Counted from the stretch's first letter, positions 1 through 10,528 are shown. The stretch: 64,000 nt of DNA from Candidatus Binataceae bacterium (GCA_963798375.1 CAWCTG010000032.1:72232-136231); one strand, 5' to 3'. Notes: generated by a model from the sequence alone, not told the origin. Made by a program: numbers and translations.

Positions 1-568
1 GAAGCCGCCGGGGCGAATTAATCGCTCGGGCGGTTCAACTTCCGTCCACGTTTTTCGAAGACCCCGGTGGGGCTTACACCGAGTATCGCGAAAGCGCCCT
101 GACATCCTGCTTGCGGCCCATCGAACAGCGCATCGCTGTTTCATCTCCCCGGGGGGTGCGCGGGATGTCAAATCTTCACACGGCACTATCCTCTGCCGGG
201 CCACACCTGTTGCAGGAATGAGTCATTGGAGCTGTATCGGAGTTGCTACGGGCCATCCCGGGTACTGATTTTCGGTAGTGATTTTCAACGCAATTTCGGG
301 GCATAAAAGTTGCTCCTAAACGATTTGGACTAATTTCGCACATTTTGTAGAAGTGTAGTGCTCGGAAACTTCGATTTATTTGCCGTTTGCTTGGAGGGTT
401 CTGCGATGAATCGCCGGCGTAGTCGTGAGCGTGGTCAAGTCCTGGCGTTGGCCACCGCTTCGATAGATGCGCTGATGGGCTCCCTGGCGATCGTTAGATC
501 CACAAGTTCGCGAAACTTGGTCGGACGCGCACCGCGCGCGGGGTGACCGCCGTTTTCGCGGGGGAATC
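1..568. repeat. Copy 1 of duplicated promoter/leader module upstream of the NHL-repeat gene (paralogous to 4141-4682, ~85% identical)
   Basis: Direct comparison of 1-568 with 4141-4682: same hairpin motif (gccggggcgaattaatcgctc[g/c]ggcgg), same leader containing a small ORF, same SD GGGGGAATCGTGATG. Confidence 0.8.
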
Positions 569-3500
569 GTGATGCTCAAATCTGGATTTTGGAAACTCGC
601 AGCGCCGTGCCTGCTGATCATAGCCGCAACCCTGGCGACTCCCTCCATCGCGGGCGACGACGTCGCCGATGTTGTGCTGGGGCAGCCTGACTTTCTGCAC
701 AACCTGCCAAACTTCCCTGACCAATACGCGCTTTACTATCCATTCGCGGTGACGATCGACGCCAGCACAACGCCCAACCGGCTTTATGTCGCGGATGACA
801 GTAACTCGAGGGTGCTGGGCTGGAACGATGTGACGACGTTCGCCAATGGCGCTCCGGCCGACCTGGTCATTGGTCAACCGGACTTTTACTCGACCGCGTG
901 CAACACCGGCGGCGTAAGCGGGAGCAGCCTGTGCTATCCCTACGGGATTTCGGTGGACGCAAGCGGCAACCTCTACGTCGCCGACTATGTCAACAGCCGG
1001 GTACTCGAATACAACACCCCATTCGCCGGATGCGGTTCGTTTCCCTGCGTTGGGGGGTCGGCAAATATGGTGTTCGGGCAGGGCGGCATCTTTACTTCGA
1101 ATACCCCGAATAGCGGCGGGGTGAGTGCGAACAGCCTCGCCTACCCTTTTGGGGTTGCGGTGGACGGAAACGGCAACCTATACGTCGCCGACGCAAGCAA
1201 CAACCGCGTGCTCGAATACAACACGCCGCTTAAGACGGGCACCACCGCCCATCTGGTGTTCGGGCAGGGCGGCATCTTTACTTCGAATACCGCGGATAAC
1301 GGCGGGGTGAGCGCGAACAGCCTCAACGAGCCCTTTGGGGTTGCGGTGGACTCAAGCGGCAATCTCTACGTGGCAGATGACGGCAACAGCCGCTTGCTCG
1401 AGTACAACACGCCGCTTAAGACGGGCACCACCGCCAATCTGGTGCTCGGGCAGCCCAACTTTATCCTCAAGTAACTGCAACAACGGCGGCGGGACGAGCG
1501 CGAGCAGCCTGTGCGCCCCCTACGGGATTACGGTGGACTCAAGCGACAACCTCTATGTCGCTGACTACGGCAACAGCCGGGTGCTGGAATACAACACGCC
1601 GCTCACCACCGACACGACCGCTGATCGCGTCTTCGGGCAGGATGACAGTTTCAGTTCCAGTGACTGCAACTTCGGCGCGACGAGCGCCAGCGCGCACAGC
1701 CTGTGCAGTCCGAGCGGCGTCGCGGTGGACGCCAGCGGCGACCTCTACGTCGCCGACACATCTAACAACCGTGTGCTCAAGTACAACCCTCCGTTCGCAA
1801 CCAACCCCATCGCCGATGTTGCGCTGGGCCAGGCCAACCTCACATACAACGCCGCCAACTTTCCCGACGCGCAAAAACTTGATTCTCCGCAGGGGGTTGC
1901 GATCGACGCCAGCACAACCCCAAACCGGCTTTATGTCGCGGACGTCCAAAACTCGCGGGTGCTGGGCTGGAACGATGTGACGGCGTTCACCAATGGCGCT
2001 CCGGCCGACCTGGTCATTGGTCAGCCGGACCCTTACTCGACTGCGTGCAATTCCGACACCGACGGCGGCAATCCCACCGCCGACGACCTGTGCAACCCCT
2101 ATGGCGTCGCGGTTGACGCCGCCGGCAACCTCTACGTCGCCGACTAAGCCAATAACCGCGTACTCGAATACAACACCCCATTCGCCGAGTGCGGTTCGTT
2201 CCCCTGCGTTGGGGGAGTCCGCCCATCTGGTGTTCGGGCAGGGCGGCAGCTTTACTTCGAATACCGCGAATAATGGCGGGGTGAGCGCGAAAAGCCTCGA
2301 CTCCCCCTGGGGGGTTGCGGTGGACGGAAACGGCAACCTCTACGTCGCCGACACGGTCAATAACCGCGTCCTCGAATACAACGCCCGCTTACGTACGGCA
2401 CCACCGCCCATCTGGTGTTCGGGCAGGGAGGCATCTTTACTTCGAATACCGCGAATAACGGCGGGGTGAGCGCGAACAGCCTCTACTACCCTAATGGCGT
2501 CGCAGTTGATGCTGCCGGCCAGCTCTACGTCGCCGACTTTAGCAACAGCCGCGTCCTCGAATACAACACTCCGCTTACCAGCAGCACCGCCAATGCCGTG
2601 TTCGGGCATGGCAGCTTTAATTCGAATACCCCGAACGACGGCGGGCTGGGCGCTAGCAGCCTCAACTACCCCAGTGGGGTCGTGGTGGATGCAACCGGCA
2701 ACCTCTACGTCGCCGACTACCTCAACAACCGCGTCCTCGAATACAACACTCCGCTTACCAGCAGCGCGGCCAACGCCGTTTTCGGGCAGGGCGACAGCTT
2801 CGACTCGGCTGACTGCAACAACAGCGGGGTGAGCGCGAGCAGCCTGTGCAGCCCCTGGGGGGTTGCGGTGGACGCCGCCGGCAACCTGTACGTCGCCGAC
2901 ACAGCCAACAACCGGGTGCTCAAGTACAACACGCCACTGATTGCGACACCAATACCCACAACTCCGGCACCCACCCCGACCGCGACGGCAACCGCGACCG
3001 CGACGGCAACTGCGACTGCGACGGCAACCGCGACGGCGACGGCAACTGCGACAGCCACAGCGACGCGCACCGCGACCGCGACGGCGACTGCGACAGCCAC
3101 AGCGACCCGCACCGCGACCGCGACGCCGACCGCGACCGCGACGCCGACCAAGACTGCGACGCCGACCGAGACCGCGACGCCGACCGCAACCGCAACGCCA
3201 ACAGTGACCGCCACTAAGACCGCCACTGCGACGGCGACGCCAACCAAGACGGCGACGTCGACCAAGACGGCCACACCAACGTCAACCAAGACGGCGACGC
3301 CGACCAAGACGGCCACACCAACGTCAACCAAGACGGCGACGCCGACCAGGACGGCCACACCAACCACGACGCCGACGCCCGCGATATCGGTGCCGGCGAA
3401 GCTGGGGCTGGGCTACTCGACGCTTGGCAACATGGTGTCCAAGAACCTCAACGTGAGGAACGCGGGGAAGGTGAACTTGTCTATTGAGAGCGTGAGCGTG

Positions 3501-4010
3501 AGCGGGGCCAACTCCGGCGATTTCGCGCCGGGCGCCTCGACCTGTCCGGCGGGCGGGCTTGCGCCCAGGGACAAGTGCACGATCGCGGTGGGATTCACGC
3601 CGAGCGCGCTCGGCCCGCACAGCGCAACGCTGACGCTCCACGACGACGCGGGCACGGGCGCGCAGAACGTGGCGCTGTCGGGGACGGGATTCGCTGACGT
3701 GATGGTATCTCCCGCCAGCATCGCTTACGGCAACGTGAGGCTGAGCGCAAAGAAGAGCAAAGCGCTTATCGTGAGGAACGCGCAGCCGGTGGAGGTGGCG
3801 CTGAGCAAGAGCATCACCGGCTCCGACGTGGGCGACTTTGCGGTGACAGGCGGGACGTGCGCGGCGACGCTAGAGGCCAAGGCGAGCTGCACCTACATCG
3901 TGACGTTCACGCCGCGGGCGGCTGGCCCGCGCACGGCGACGCTCAGCGTCAGGGCGAGCCCCGACCTGCTAAGCCCGCACGCGGTGAGCCTGACCGGCAG
4001 CGGCTCATAG
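569..4010 (+). pseudogene. NHL-repeat secreted protein, disrupted paralog of 4683-8471. Reading frame changes 2->0->1->0; it has a TAC->TAA nonsense codon at 2145-2147 and a +1 insertion near 2213 relative to copy 2. A 94-bp remnant of a further Ig-like domain lies at 4020-4113.
   Basis: Four overlapping ORFs (569-1474, 1335-2147, 1993-2469, 2415-4010) all carry NHL-repeat motifs (LYVAD, NRVLEYNTPL, VFGQGG). The signal peptide MMLKSGFWKLAAPCLLIIAATLATPSIAG matches copy 2. Alignment with copy 2 shows point nonsense and indel differences. Confidence 0.7.
2940..3370 (+). repeat. Imperfect tandem repeat (GCGACN hexamers, then a 42-bp unit repeated twice) encoding a Thr/Ala/Pro-rich linker; absent from paralog 2
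   Basis: Translation gives PTPTATATATATATATATATATATATATRTATATATATATATRTATATPTATATPTKTATPT...; the DNA shows gcgacggcaaccgcgaccgcgacggcaactgcg... periodicity. The 42-bp repeat caccaacgtcaaccaagacggcgacgccgaccaagacggcca occurs twice. Confidence 0.85.
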
Positions 4011-4140
4011 GCGGGCGCGATCAGGCGCGCTCGGTCATTGTGACATTCACGCCGGGCTCGGGATCGATCCGACCAGCCCGCACGCGGTGAGGCTGACGGG
4101 CGCCGGCAAGTAGCCGGCTTGTCTCATCCAGATCACGGAA

Positions 4141-4682
4141 CCGCCGGGGCGAATTAATCGCTCCGGCGGTTCAACTTCCTTCCACGTTTTCGAATACCGG
4201 GTGGGGCTTACACCGAGTATCGCGAAAGCGTCCGAACATCCTGCTCGCGGCCCATCGAACAGCGCATCGCCGGTTCAGCTCCAATGGCGATGATGTCAAA
4301 TCTTAACCCGACGCTATCATCTGTAGGTCAAATATGTCGCAAAATGAGTCATTTTGTATCAAAGTTGCCATCGGCCATCCCACGTGCTGATTTTCAGCGC
4401 AATTTCACGATATAAAACCTGCCTCTGAACGGTTTGACACAATTTAGCATACTTTATATAAGTATAGTGCTCGGAAGCTCGATTCATTTGTCCTCTGCTT
4501 AGCGAGAGATCTGCGATGAATCGCCTGCATAGTCATGAGCATGGTCAAGTCCTGGCGCTGGCCGCCGCTTCGATAGAGGCGCTGATCGGCTCCCTGGCGA
4601 TCGTTCCGTCCACAGGTTCACGAAACTCTGTCGGACGCGCGCCGGGCGCAGCAGCGACCGCGGCTTTCCGGGGGGAATCGTG
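4141..4682. repeat. Copy 2 of duplicated promoter/leader module upstream of the intact NHL-repeat gene
   Basis: ~85% nucleotide identity to 1-568. Confidence 0.8.
4434..4462 (+). promoter_or_regulatory. Candidate sigma-70 promoter TTGACA-N17-TATAAG for the NHL-repeat gene (about 220 nt of leader follows)
   Basis: Near-consensus -35 and -10 hexamers with a 17-nt spacer in an AT-rich patch. Copy 1 has the weaker TTGGAC-N17-TAGAAG at 325-353. Confidence 0.4.
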
Positions 4683-4683
4683 A
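4516..4683 (+). CDS. Conserved 55-codon upstream ORF in the leader. Its TGA overlaps the ATG of the NHL gene (TGATG). The copy-1 homolog is at 406-546.
   Basis: ORF MNRLHSHEHGQVLALAAASIEALIGSLAIVPSTGSRNSVGRAP... is conserved in both leader copies (MNRRRSRERGQVLALATASIDALMGSLAIV...). Copy 1 has a GGAGGG SD. The ORF could still be non-coding conserved leader. Confidence 0.3.
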   Translation: MNRLHSHEHGQVLALAAASIEALIGSLAIVPSTGSRNSVGRAPGAAATAAFRGES

Positions 4684-7600
4684 TGCCCAAATCTGGATTT
4701 TGGAAACTCACAGCGCTGTGCCTGCTGATCATCGCCACCGCCCTGGCGACTCCCTCCGTCGCGGGCGACGGCAACGCCGACATTGTGCTGGGTCAGGCCA
4801 ACTTCACATACTACGCCGCCAACTTTCCCGACGCGCGCAAACTTAATTCTCCGCAGGGGGTTGCGATCGACGCCAACACAACCCCAAACCGGCTTTATGT
4901 CGCGGACGTCTACAACTCGAGGGTGCTGGGCTGGAAGGATGTGACGGCGTTCACCAATGGCGCGCCGGCCGACCTGGTCATTGGTCAGCCGGACTCTTAC
5001 TCGACTGCGTGCAATTCTGACACCGGCGGAGGCAATCCCACCGACGACGATTTGTGCAACCCCTATGGCGTCGCAGTTGATGCCGCCGGCAACCTCTACG
5101 TCGCCGACTACACCAACAACCGCGTGCTCGTATACACCACCCCATTCGCTGGCTGCAGTTCGTTCCCCTGCGTTGGGGGGTCCGCCAATATGGTGTTCGG
5201 GCAAGGCGGCAGCTTTACTTCGAATACCGCGAATAAGGGCGGCGAGCCGAGCGCGAACAACCTCAACTCCCCCTGGGGGGTTGCGGTGGACGCAAACGGC
5301 AACCTCTACGTCGCGGACGCAAGCAACAACCGCGTGCTCGAATACAACACTCCGCTGACTCTAACCTCGACCCCCGGCAGCGGCGACACCACCGCGGACA
5401 TCGTGTTCGGGCAGGGCGGCTTCGGCTCGAATAGACTAAACGACGGCGGGCTGGGCGCGACCAGCCTGTACCTTCCCGTTGGTGTTGCGGTGGACGCAAG
5501 CGGCGACCTCTACGTCGCCGACAGCGAGAACAACCGCGTGCTCGAATACAACACCCCAATCGCGGGATGCGGTGGTTCGTTCCCCTGCATTGGGGGGGCC
5601 GCCAATATGGTGTTCGGGCAGGGCGGTTTCGACTCGAAGACCCCGAACAACGGCGGGCTGAGCGCGAGCAGCCTCAACTACCCCCGCGGGATCGCGGTGG
5701 ACGCAAGCGGCGACCTCTACATCGCGGACTTTTTAAACAACCGCGTGCTCGAATACAACACCCCACTCGCCGGATGCGGCGGTTCGTTCCCCTGCGTTGG
5801 GGGATCCGCCAATCTGGTCTTCGGGCAGGGCGGCAGCTTCGGCTCGGCTGCGTGCAATTCCGACACCGGCGGAGGCGCTCCCACCGCCAATGACCTGTGC
5901 AACCCCTGGGGAGTTGCGGCGGACGCAAGCGGCAACCTCTACGTAGCCGACACCTCCAACAACCGAGTGCTCGAGTACGACACCGCGCTTGCACCCAATA
6001 TCACTGCCGATGTTGTGCTGGGGCAGCCTGACTTTCTGCACAACCAGCCAAACTTCCCTGACCAATCCTCGCTTGACAATCCATCCGCGGTCACGATCGA
6101 CACCAGCGGAGCGAAAACCCACCTTTATGTCGCGGACCCCAGCAATTCGAGGGTGCTGGGCTGGAACGATGTGACGGCGTTCAGCAATGGCGCTCCGGCC
6201 GACCTGGTCATTGGTCAGCCGGACGCGTACACGATTGCGTGCAATTCCGACACCGACGGAGGCAATCCCACCGACGACGATTTGTGCAACCCCTATGGCG
6301 TCGCGGTTGATGCCGCCGGCAACCTCTACGTCGCGGACGCAAGCAACAACCGGGTGCTTGAATACACCACCCCATTCGCGGAGTGCGGTTCGTTCCCGTG
6401 CGTTGGGGGGTCCGCCAATCTGGTGTTCGGGCAGGGCGGCAGCTTCACCTCGGCCGGGTGCAATTCCGACGCCGAGGGAGGCAATCCCACCGCCGCCGAC
6501 CTGTGTTATCCATCTGGCACCGCAGTTGACGCCGCCGGCAACCTCTACATCGCCGACGCAAGCAACAACCGCGTGCTCGAATACAACGCACCTCTTACAA
6601 ACGGCGCCAGCGCCAACATGGTGTTCGGGCAGGGCGGCAGCTTTACTTCGAATACCGAAAATAAGGGCGGAGTGAGCAAGAAAAGCCTCAGCTACCCCTC
6701 TGGGGTTGCGGTGGACTCAACCGGCAACCTCTACGTCGCCGACTCTAACAACAGCCGCGTGCTCGAATACAACACTCCGCTTACGAACGTGAACGGCACC
6801 ACCGCCAATATGGTGTTCGGGCAGGACAGCACCTTCACCTGGGTTGGGTGCAATTCCCACACCACTGGAAGCAATCCCAGCGCCAAAAACCTGTGTTACC
6901 CCAATAGCGTCGCAGTTGATGCTGCCGGCAACCTCTACGTCGCGGACAGCGGCAACAACCGGGTGCTCGAGTACAACACGCCGCTCACCATCGGCACGAC
7001 CGCTGATCGCGTCTTCGGGCAGGGTGACAGTTTCACTTCCGGCCTTTGCAACTTCGGCGCGACGAGCGCCAGCGCGGACAGTCTATGCAATCCGAGTGCT
7101 GCCGCGTTGGACATCACCACCGGCCACCTCTACATCGCCGACACATCTAACAACCGTGTGCTCGAGTACGACGATTCGCTGCCTGCGGAGCCTACCTCGG
7201 TGTCGGTGACTGCTTCGTTCGCATTCGGTAGCTCGCCGGTTGGGGACACGGCCAGCAGGACTATCACGGTTGCAAACACCGGCACGAACCCGCTGTTCAT
7301 CGGCAGCGTTACCTCGTCCGACCAGGCTGAATATGCGGTCACCGGAGCGGGGACATGCGGTGCGATTCCCGTGACGGTCGCGCCCAAGACGTCCTGCACG
7401 CTGGGAGTCGCATTCACGCCAAACGCGGCCGGTTTGCACAGCGCAACGCTTTCGATCAACGATAACACCGCGACCAGCCCGCAGCACGTGGCGCTTAGCG
7501 GCACCGGCACGGTTGACCTGACGGTTACGCCCACCAGCTACGCATTCGGCGACGTCAAGGATGGCTCCAAGGCGATCAAGGCGATCGTCGTGCACAATTA

Positions 7601-8471
7601 TCGGAGCAACTCGGTTTCGCTCAGAGAAGGCTTCGGCGGGTCGAACCCCGACGACTTCAGCATCACGGGCGGCACCTGCACCTCGAGGCTGGCGGCCAAG
7701 ACCGCTTGTACGCTGATTGTCACTTTTGCTCCGAGCGCAGTGGGCACGGAATCGGCGACCATGACGGTTACGGACAGCCCCGATTCGCTGGGTCCGTACA
7801 CGGTTTCATTCAGCGCGTCGGCAACCATACCGGAATCCGTCTCTCCGACCAGCCTGCATTATGCAGACGTCTACCAGACCGCCTCCAAGACGCTGAACCT
7901 CACGCTCACCAACCATGCCACCAGCTCGATCACCCTGACCGGAACGACCATCGGCGGTGCCAACGCGGGAGACTTCGCAGTGACGGGCGGCGGGACCTGC
8001 ACCGGCTCGCTGGCGGCCTCGTCGAGTTGCACCTACGCGGTGACATTCACGCCCCGCACCGAGGCGGCGGAGAGCGGCACGCTTTCAATCGGGGTTGCGC
8101 AAGACCCCAATGGCGGTCCCCCGGCAGTCGCGCTTAGCGGAACCGGATTGGTGCCAGTGAGGGTAGTTCCGGCAAGCATCGCTTTCGGCACCATCGCGTC
8201 GGGCCATTCCTCACCAAACAGGACCGTGACAGTGATCAACGACGGCGCGGCGGTTTCGTTGAGCGAAAGCGTCGGCGGTGCCAACCCGGGCGACTTCGCG
8301 GTGACGGGCGGGAGCTGCGGCGCGTCGCTGGCGGGCGCTGGCGCTTCGTGCACGTACACGATGAAGTTCACGCCGAGCATCGTTGGAGCGGAGAGCGCGA
8401 CGCTTGGGGTCAGTGCGGTCGGCGACGGGGCCAGCCCGCACAATGTGAGCCTCTCGGGGACCGGCTCTTGA
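4683..8471 (+). CDS. Secreted NHL-repeat protein (~1262 aa). It has many NHL blades followed by five C-terminal Ig-like/ASH-like beta-sandwich domains (DFAVTGGTC...SCT..VTFTP...ATL...LSGTG).
   Basis: Signal peptide MMPKSGFWKLTALCLLIIATALATPSVAG. Repeated NHL motifs (LYVAD..NNRVLEY, VFGQGG) occur more than 15 times. The C-terminal ALSGTG-terminated domains repeat five times. Confidence 0.85.
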   Translation: MPKSGFWKLTALCLLIIATALATPSVAGDGNADIVLGQANFTYYAANFPDARKLNSPQGVAIDANTTPNRLYVADVYNSRVLGWKDVTAFTNGAPADLVIGQPDSYSTACNSDTGGGNPTDDDLCNPYGVAVDAAGNLYVADYTNNRVLVYTTPFAGCSSFPCVGGSANMVFGQGGSFTSNTANKGGEPSANNLNSPWGVAVDANGNLYVADASNNRVLEYNTPLTLTSTPGSGDTTADIVFGQGGFGSNRLNDGGLGATSLYLPVGVAVDASGDLYVADSENNRVLEYNTPIAGCGGSFPCIGGAANMVFGQGGFDSKTPNNGGLSASSLNYPRGIAVDASGDLYIADFLNNRVLEYNTPLAGCGGSFPCVGGSANLVFGQGGSFGSAACNSDTGGGAPTANDLCNPWGVAADASGNLYVADTSNNRVLEYDTALAPNITADVVLGQPDFLHNQPNFPDQSSLDNPSAVTIDTSGAKTHLYVADPSNSRVLGWNDVTAFSNGAPADLVIGQPDAYTIACNSDTDGGNPTDDDLCNPYGVAVDAAGNLYVADASNNRVLEYTTPFAECGSFPCVGGSANLVFGQGGSFTSAGCNSDAEGGNPTAADLCYPSGTAVDAAGNLYIADASNNRVLEYNAPLTNGASANMVFGQGGSFTSNTENKGGVSKKSLSYPSGVAVDSTGNLYVADSNNSRVLEYNTPLTNVNGTTANMVFGQDSTFTWVGCNSHTTGSNPSAKNLCYPNSVAVDAAGNLYVADSGNNRVLEYNTPLTIGTTADRVFGQGDSFTSGLCNFGATSASADSLCNPSAAALDITTGHLYIADTSNNRVLEYDDSLPAEPTSVSVTASFAFGSSPVGDTASRTITVANTGTNPLFIGSVTSSDQAEYAVTGAGTCGAIPVTVAPKTSCTLGVAFTPNAAGLHSATLSINDNTATSPQHVALSGTGTVDLTVTPTSYAFGDVKDGSKAIKAIVVHNYRSNSVSLREGFGGSNPDDFSITGGTCTSRLAAKTACTLIVTFAPSAVGTESATMTVTDSPDSLGPYTVSFSASATIPESVSPTSLHYADVYQTASKTLNLTLTNHATSSITLTGTTIGGANAGDFAVTGGGTCTGSLAASSSCTYAVTFTPRTEAAESGTLSIGVAQDPNGGPPAVALSGTGLVPVRVVPASIAFGTIASGHSSPNRTVTVINDGAAVSLSESVGGANPGDFAVTGGSCGASLAGAGASCTYTMKFTPSIVGAESATLGVSAVGDGASPHNVSLSGTGS

Positions 8472-8513
8472 GCGGCAGGGTGTAGGAGCCCGGTCCCTGC
8501 ACCTGAGTGAGGG

Positions 8514-8564
8514 AGAGAATCGGCGTCGCCATGTGAGTTTGCTCCATGTGCGGGCGATTCTCTC
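8514..8564. terminator. 10-bp perfect inverted repeat (GAGAGAATCG...CGATTCTCTC) between convergent genes; candidate bidirectional terminator or structured element
   Basis: Inverted repeat seen directly at 8514-8523 and 8555-8564 with a 31-nt loop, between the stop of the NHL gene (8471) and the stop of the DUF2231 gene (8619). Confidence 0.3.
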
Positions 8565-8618
8565 ATCGAGGTTTACAGCCGGCACCGCGCCCATCGACGA
8601 GCTTCCGCAAACCCCCTT

Positions 8619-9101
8619 CTATTTCTTGAAATCGATCGGCTGCGGGCAGGCCGAGCCGCCGGCGTTGTAGCCGTAAACCATCTCGCCGCCGAGGTCCGCG
8701 CCCGCCGCTATCAAACCCATGACTGCAATCAGACCGGCGAGAAACACGTAACGTCCCCGCATCGGCATCGGCCGCGCCGCGAGCGCCCACACCGTCAGCA
8801 CGCCCGTCACCACCGACACCGCGACCATCAGATGCTTATGATGGCGCAGCAATTCGTGGCGGACCGATACTGAAACCATCAGGCCGGGCGCCGCATAGAG
8901 ACCGCTCAAAAGCGCCGCCGCCGCGCCAAGCGCGCCCAGCACCAGCATCCAGAGCGCAGTCCACTTAAGCGCTTCGCTCGCGCGAATCGACGCGAGGAAA
9001 TAAAGCAGCGCCGCGCCATAGAGAAACGCGATCGGAAAATGCACCAGCAGGGGATGGATATTCTGCAGGTGCGATGCGCCCGGCAGAACGCGGTCTAGCA
9101 C
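8619..9101 (-). CDS. DUF2231-like integral membrane protein
   Basis: Four predicted TM helices. N-terminal HPLLVHFPIAFL motif typical of DUF2231. Confidence 0.6.
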   Translation of the reverse strand: MLDRVLPGASHLQNIHPLLVHFPIAFLYGAALLYFLASIRASEALKWTALWMLVLGALGAAAALLSGLYAAPGLMVSVSVRHELLRHHKHLMVAVSVVTGVLTVWALAARPMPMRGRYVFLAGLIAVMGLIAAGADLGGEMVYGYNAGGSACPQPIDFKK

Positions 9102-9119
9102 GACGATGTTTGTCCGCGG

Positions 9120-9473
9120 CTATTTCACGGATTCGACGACCAGGTAGTCCACCCCGTTCTTGCTGTATTCCTTGCCCGTCACCGTCACTTGGTCTTCCAT
9201 CCGCTGAATGACGCTGTCGGGAAGCGGCGACGCATCCTTGTTCGGCAACAGGATGTAGGCTTTCTCGGTCCCGCTTTCGATAAGCGTTGCGGGAATTCCC
9301 TTGGATACGCACTTTATCGCGCACGCCTTGTGGCCCGCGCCCTTCGCACCCATCGTGCCGTAGCAGTAGGAGTCTTCGATATTGCCGGTGACCGATTTCT
9401 CGCCGCCGTCGGCCGCGATCGCCGCCGGCGCAACCATCACCGTTGCGAGCAAAACCATGAGGGCGAGTTTTTT
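9120..9473 (-). CDS. Small secreted/periplasmic protein with paired Cys (KACAIKC), hypothetical
   Basis: Signal peptide MKKLALMVLLATVMVAPAAIA. ORF immediately upstream of the DUF2231 gene on the same strand. Confidence 0.5.
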   Translation of the reverse strand, partial: KKLALMVLLATVMVAPAAIAADGGEKSVTGNIEDSYCYGTMGAKGAGHKACAIKCVSKGIPATLIESGTEKAYILLPNKDASPLPDSVIQRMEDQVTVTGKEYSKNGVDYLVVESVK

Positions 9474-9541
9474 CATGACGAAATTCCTCTCCATATTCTA
9501 ATAACCGGCAAGCGCGGGCTTCACAATGACGAAACGCAAGC

Positions 9542-10528
9542 CTAGCGGCGATACGGGCGGGCTTCAACCGTCGAGCCGACGTCGCCGCCGCCGAACATTT
9601 CGCGCCACCCCTTGCGGCGCCGCGCCCCGGGCAATCGCGCACCCAGCCGCTGCAGGTGCAGCTCGAGAATCTGCTTGAGTTCGTCGTTGAGCCGCTCGAT
9701 TTCGACTTCCTCGGGCATCTTGGGCCGCGGCTGCCCTTCGGTAATTCCGCCACGGCGCCGGCCGTAGAGCTGCTGCAAGCGCAACTCCGCCTTCGCGAAC
9801 ATCGCTTTGTACTTATAGTCGAGCCGGCTGAGCGCGTCGGTCATCGCGGCCAGCGCCACGAACCTACGCCGCATCCGCCACCATTCGAACAGAGTCAGCA
9901 GCATCGCGCCGAGCATGAACAGCGCAAAGAATCCCAGGCTGACGGCGGTGCCACGCCACCACGGCAGCAACTTGATGCCAGCCTGCAAGTCCTGATTGTC
10001 GCCGCTCAGTTCCTGAACTTGCGCCTTGAGCGATTTGACCTGCTCCTCCGCCGAATCGGCCTTCTGCTCCGCCGTTTGCTGCTGCGCGCTCAGCGTCTCA
10101 ACCTGTGACTTGAGCGTGTTGACCTCGGTGGTGAAAGGATGCGGGACCTTCAACACCTCGTCCACCTGCAGTTCGTCGTCAGGATGAATCCGGTTGGCGT
10201 GGGCGAGATCATCAGCGGTGATCCCGAACATCTGCGCAATTGCGCCGAGCGAATCGCCGGGGCGAACCGTGTAAGGGATCATGTTCGCGGGATGATCCGG
10301 CTTGGCGGCGGGTTTTGGCTCCGGCTGGTCCGCGGGCTGTTCCGTGTCGCGAGCCTCAGACGGTTCGGCCTCGCTCGGCGGACTCACGACTCGCGAGGGA
10401 GGCGCAGAGGGCGGAATCGTACTCTCGTTGAAATCGGCTTGAGCGAACGCAACTCCGCAACCGGCAACGATAAACGCCGCCGCGAGGGTCAGTCTGGATA
10501 AAGTTGACCAAAACTGTCGCGCGCTCAT
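9542..10528 (-). CDS. LysM domain protein with coiled-coil and one TM segment (FimV-like architecture)
   Basis: Signal peptide/anchor MSARQFWSTLSRLTLAAAFIVAGCGVAFA. LysM motif YTVRPGDSLGAIAQMFGITADDLAHANRI. Heptad-rich segment LKSQVETLSAQQQTAEQKADSAEEQVKSLKAQVQEL. Confidence 0.7.
   Translation of the reverse strand: MSARQFWSTLSRLTLAAAFIVAGCGVAFAQADFNESTIPPSAPPSRVVSPPSEAEPSEARDTEQPADQPEPKPAAKPDHPANMIPYTVRPGDSLGAIAQMFGITADDLAHANRIHPDDELQVDEVLKVPHPFTTEVNTLKSQVETLSAQQQTAEQKADSAEEQVKSLKAQVQELSGDNQDLQAGIKLLPWWRGTAVSLGFFALFMLGAMLLTLFEWWRMRRRFVALAAMTDALSRLDYKYKAMFAKAELRLQQLYGRRRGGITEGQPRPKMPEEVEIERLNDELKQILELHLQRLGARLPGARRRKGWREMFGGGDVGSTVEARPYRR

Noticed and set aside
2717-3367. Minus-strand ORF encoding (VA)n/(AV)n-rich 216-aa protein, and the overlapping ORFs 2846-3217, 2920-3201 and 2941-3207
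   Set aside because: These are antisense or alternative-frame readings of the Thr/Ala-coding microsatellite within the NHL pseudogene. The low-complexity translation is an artefact.
2940-3370. Possible CRISPR array because of short regular repeats
   Set aside because: Repeat units are 6 nt with no unique spacers. The region is in frame within a protein-coding linker and no cas genes are nearby.
4020-4113. Separate small gene downstream of the NHL pseudogene
   Set aside because: The translation (..VIVTFTPGSGSIRP..HAVRLTGAGK*) is a fragment of an Ig-like domain of the same family. It is a remnant and not a gene.
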